Assembly (NCBI GenBank): GCA_963976765.1
Contig: CAXBME010000038.1
Coordinates: forward strand, 1 to 57,317
From: an uncultured Planctomycetaceae bacterium
Lineage (GTDB): Bacteria; Planctomycetota; Planctomycetia; Planctomycetales; Planctomycetaceae
DNA: 57,317 nucleotides
Direction: 5' to 3'
Shown here: positions 54,703-57,317 of the stretch, piece after piece
How the letters are laid out: every line of letters starts with the position of its first letter
Numbering within the stretch: the first letter of the stretch is position 1
Notes under the pieces: generated by a model
Databases searched by the model: none
Told to the model about the DNA's origin: nothing
What the model saw: only the letters and a program-made list of their open reading frames with translations
Translations under genes and position numbers: made by a program

Positions 54703-57317
54703 ATGCTTAACTGGCTCATTGATTTCTCATTGCGAAACCGTGCGATCGTCCTTGTGGCGGTACTGGTGGTGATCGTGGCGGGAGCATTCTCGCTGCAGTT
54801 TCTCAGCGTCGATGCTTTTCCGGACACGACGCCGGTGATGGTGCAGATCAATACCGTCGCGCCGTCGCTTAGCCCGGAAGAAGTGGAACGGCAGCTCACG
54901 TTTCCGATCGAACAGGCCATCGCCGGATTGCCCGGTCTGGAGAAGCTGCGCTCGATCTCGAAGTTCGGGCTCTCGCAGGTCGTCGTGATCTTTGAAGACG
55001 GGACTGACATCTACTTTGCGCGTCAGCTCATTAACGAACGGATCGGTACGGTCGAACTGCCGGTGGGAATCGAACGACCGAAGATGGGTCCGGTCTCCAC
55101 GGGCCTCGGCGAAGTGTTTCATTACGTGCTGACGAAGCCGGGCGTCGATTTCTCAAAACTGCCGGACGACGTTCGCATTCAGGAGCTGACCGAGCTGCGA
55201 ACCATTCACGACTGGGTGGTGAAGCCGCAGTTACGCAGCGTGCCCGGAGTCGCCGAGGTCAATAGTTGGGGGGGGTACGAAAAGCAGTTTCAGGTGCGGA
55301 TCGATCCGCAGCGGCTCATCCGCCACGAGCTGACGTTCGACGAAGTCGTCACGGCGCTGAGGGCCAACAACCGCAACGTGGGTGGCGGCAATATCAACGA
55401 CATGGGCCGCATGCTGCTCGTCCACGGACAGGGTCGCACGGTCAACCTTGAGCAGATCGAGAACATCGTCGTGACCGCTCGTGACGGCGTGCCGATCCGC
55501 ATTCGCGATGTCGCCGACGTGCAGCTTGGATACGAAATCCGACAGGGAGCCGTCACCGCCGACGGAACAGGCGAAGCAGTGCTGGGGCTGGGGTTCATGC
55601 TGATGGGCGAAAACAGCCATCAGGTGACGTGGGCGTTGAAAGAGAAACTTGAAGAAATCAAGGACACGTTGCCGGCGGGCGTCGAAATTCGCACCGTCTA
55701 CGACCGCACGGAACTGGTTGACCACGTCATCGACACCGTGCGGAAGAACCTGTTCGAAGGCGGACTGCTGGTCGTCGCGATTCTGTTCGTGTTCCTCGGC
55801 AACCTGCGAGCCGGCTTGATCGTTGCCATGGCCATTCCGCTGTCGATGCTGTGCGCGTTCTCGGGCATGTTGCAGTTCGGGATCGCGGCCAGCCTGCTGA
55901 GTCTTGGTTCGATCGATTTCGGGCTCGTCGTCGACAGTTCGGTTGTCATGATCGAGAACTGTGTCCGAAAACTCTCGCACGGCATCCCGCGCGGTCAGAC
56001 GAAACTCGACGTCATCCGCGACGCGGCCATCGAAGTCCGTAAGCCGACGATGTTCGGCGAGCTGATCATCATGATCGTCTACCTGCCGATCCTCACTCTG
56101 GAAGGCATCGAAGGCAAACTGTTCCGGCCGATGGCACTCACCGTCATCTTCGCTCTGGCCGGATCGATGCTTCTTTCGCTGACGCTGATGCCTGTCCTGG
56201 CCAGCTACGTGCTGCCCAAACATCTCAACGAAACCGAGCCGTTTCTAATTCGCTGGGCCAAGCGGATTTACCACCCGATTCTGCACTTCACGATGCGGCA
56301 GAAATCGGTCGTCATCGGCTTCGCACTGTGCGTGTTGATGCTGGCCTTCGGGTTTGTCGCGCCCAATCTTGGCTCGGAATTCGTACCGAAGTTGTCAGAG
56401 GGAGCGTTGGCGATCAACGTCGTGCGACTGGCGGGAACCGAGCTGCAGGATTCGATTCAGTACAACACTCAGATGGAACGCGCTGTGCTGAAGGCGTTTC
56501 CAGATGAGGTTGTGCATGTCTGGAGCCGCATCGGTTCGGCAGAAGTCGCGACCGACCCGATGGGGCTCGAATTGACTGACGTCTTCATCACTCTGAAACC
56601 ACGCGACCAGTGGACGAAGGCGACGACTCAGGCCGAACTGACGGCGCTGATCCAGCGTGAGCTGCGTGAAATGCCCGGCCAGCGGATCGCCATGACGCAG
56701 CCGATCGAGATGCGGATCAACGAGATGATCTCTGGCGTCCGTTCCGACGTCGCAGCCGTGCTCTACGGCGACGACTTCGATTTACTCGTCGAGAAGGCCC
56801 GCGAGATTGAACGCGTTCTGCAATCGATCGACGGCAACGCAGACGTCGCGACCGAACAGGTCACCGGTCAGCCGGTTCTTGAGATCAAGGTCAAGCAGGA
56901 TGAAATCGCCCGCTACGGAGTGCCGGCCCAGACCGTGCTGGACATCGTCGAATCGCTCGGCACGCTGAACGTCGGCGAAGTTTTTGAAGGCCAGCTTCGG
57001 TTTCCACTGATCATCCGCCTGCCGGAAAAAGCACGCCTCAATCCGGAAGTCATCGGCGCCATCCCGATCGCCACACCCGCTGGCGAACAGATTCCATTAT
57101 CACGACTGGCAGAAATCGTGGTGCGCGAAGGCCCGTCCACGATTAAGCGCGAGTGGTATCAGCGACGCATTTCGATCACGAGCAACATCCGTGGCCGCGA
57201 CATGGGCAGCTTTGTGGCCGAGGCTCGTCGTAAGGTCGCGGATGAAGTCCAGCTTCCGCCGGGGCGCTACCGAGTCGAATGGGGCGGCCAGTTCGAGAAC
57301 CTCGAACGCGCCCGCAG
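54703..57317 (+). CDS. czcA: CzcA-family heavy-metal RND permease, runs off the window end (absent from the ORF track)
   Basis: ATG at 54703: MLNWLIDFSLRNR..DAFPDTTPVMVQINT..GLGEVFHY..IDFGLVVDSSVVMIEN..EWGGQFENL. Confidence 0.95.
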   Translation, partial: MLNWLIDFSLRNRAIVLVAVLVVIVAGAFSLQFLSVDAFPDTTPVMVQINTVAPSLSPEEVERQLTFPIEQAIAGLPGLEKLRSISKFGLSQVVVIFEDGTDIYFARQLINERIGTVELPVGIERPKMGPVSTGLGEVFHYVLTKPGVDFSKLPDDVRIQELTELRTIHDWVVKPQLRSVPGVAEVNSWGGYEKQFQVRIDPQRLIRHELTFDEVVTALRANNRNVGGGNINDMGRMLLVHGQGRTVNLEQIENIVVTARDGVPIRIRDVADVQLGYEIRQGAVTADGTGEAVLGLGFMLMGENSHQVTWALKEKLEEIKDTLPAGVEIRTVYDRTELVDHVIDTVRKNLFEGGLLVVAILFVFLGNLRAGLIVAMAIPLSMLCAFSGMLQFGIAASLLSLGSIDFGLVVDSSVVMIENCVRKLSHGIPRGQTKLDVIRDAAIEVRKPTMFGELIIMIVYLPILTLEGIEGKLFRPMALTVIFALAGSMLLSLTLMPVLASYVLPKHLNETEPFLIRWAKRIYHPILHFTMRQKSVVIGFALCVLMLAFGFVAPNLGSEFVPKLSEGALAINVVRLAGTELQDSIQYNTQMERAVLKAFPDEVVHVWSRIGSAEVATDPMGLELTDVFITLKPRDQWTKATTQAELTALIQRELREMPGQRIAMTQPIEMRINEMISGVRSDVAAVLYGDDFDLLVEKAREIERVLQSIDGNADVATEQVTGQPVLEIKVKQDEIARYGVPAQTVLDIVESLGTLNVGEVFEGQLRFPLIIRLPEKARLNPEVIGAIPIATPAGEQIPLSRLAEIVVREGPSTIKREWYQRRISITSNIRGRDMGSFVAEARRKVADEVQLPPGRYRVEWGGQFENLERAR

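Overview
This looks like a GC-rich, Planctomycete-like accessory island; the taxon is inferred from gene families and repeats, not shown. The left part (1-12.2 kb) is decayed mobile-element backbone. It holds a ~1.05 kb ORF-free, hairpin-dense segment that looks like a large + strand structured RNA, and a Mokosh type I-like defence pair (kinase-helicase plus a PLD protein with an extra fused kinase) between two apparently truncated genes. It also has leading-region-type small genes and a tyrosine recombinase broken by one amber stop, with a 14-6-14 core site just upstream. The right part (12.3-57.3 kb) is heavy-metal homeostasis cargo: a MacB/LolD-type ABC operon, three HME-RND (Czc-type) efflux sets, a CzcP-like P1B-4 ATPase, MgtC, SulP-carbonic anhydrase, a cation:H+ antiporter, a PP2C phosphatase, lipid-modifying enzymes and many His/Cys-rich small secreted proteins. 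Best leads: (1) an RND adaptor whose UGA 'stop' sits in a G-A-G-U-T-C-E tail followed by a bSECIS-like hairpin (candidate selenoprotein); (2) the large structured RNA candidate; (3) six Cys-rich, signal-peptide-bearing leader ORFs, each heading a transcription unit and ending [WFYL]-x-[LI]-stop. All family assignments come from reading motifs by eye; no searches were run.
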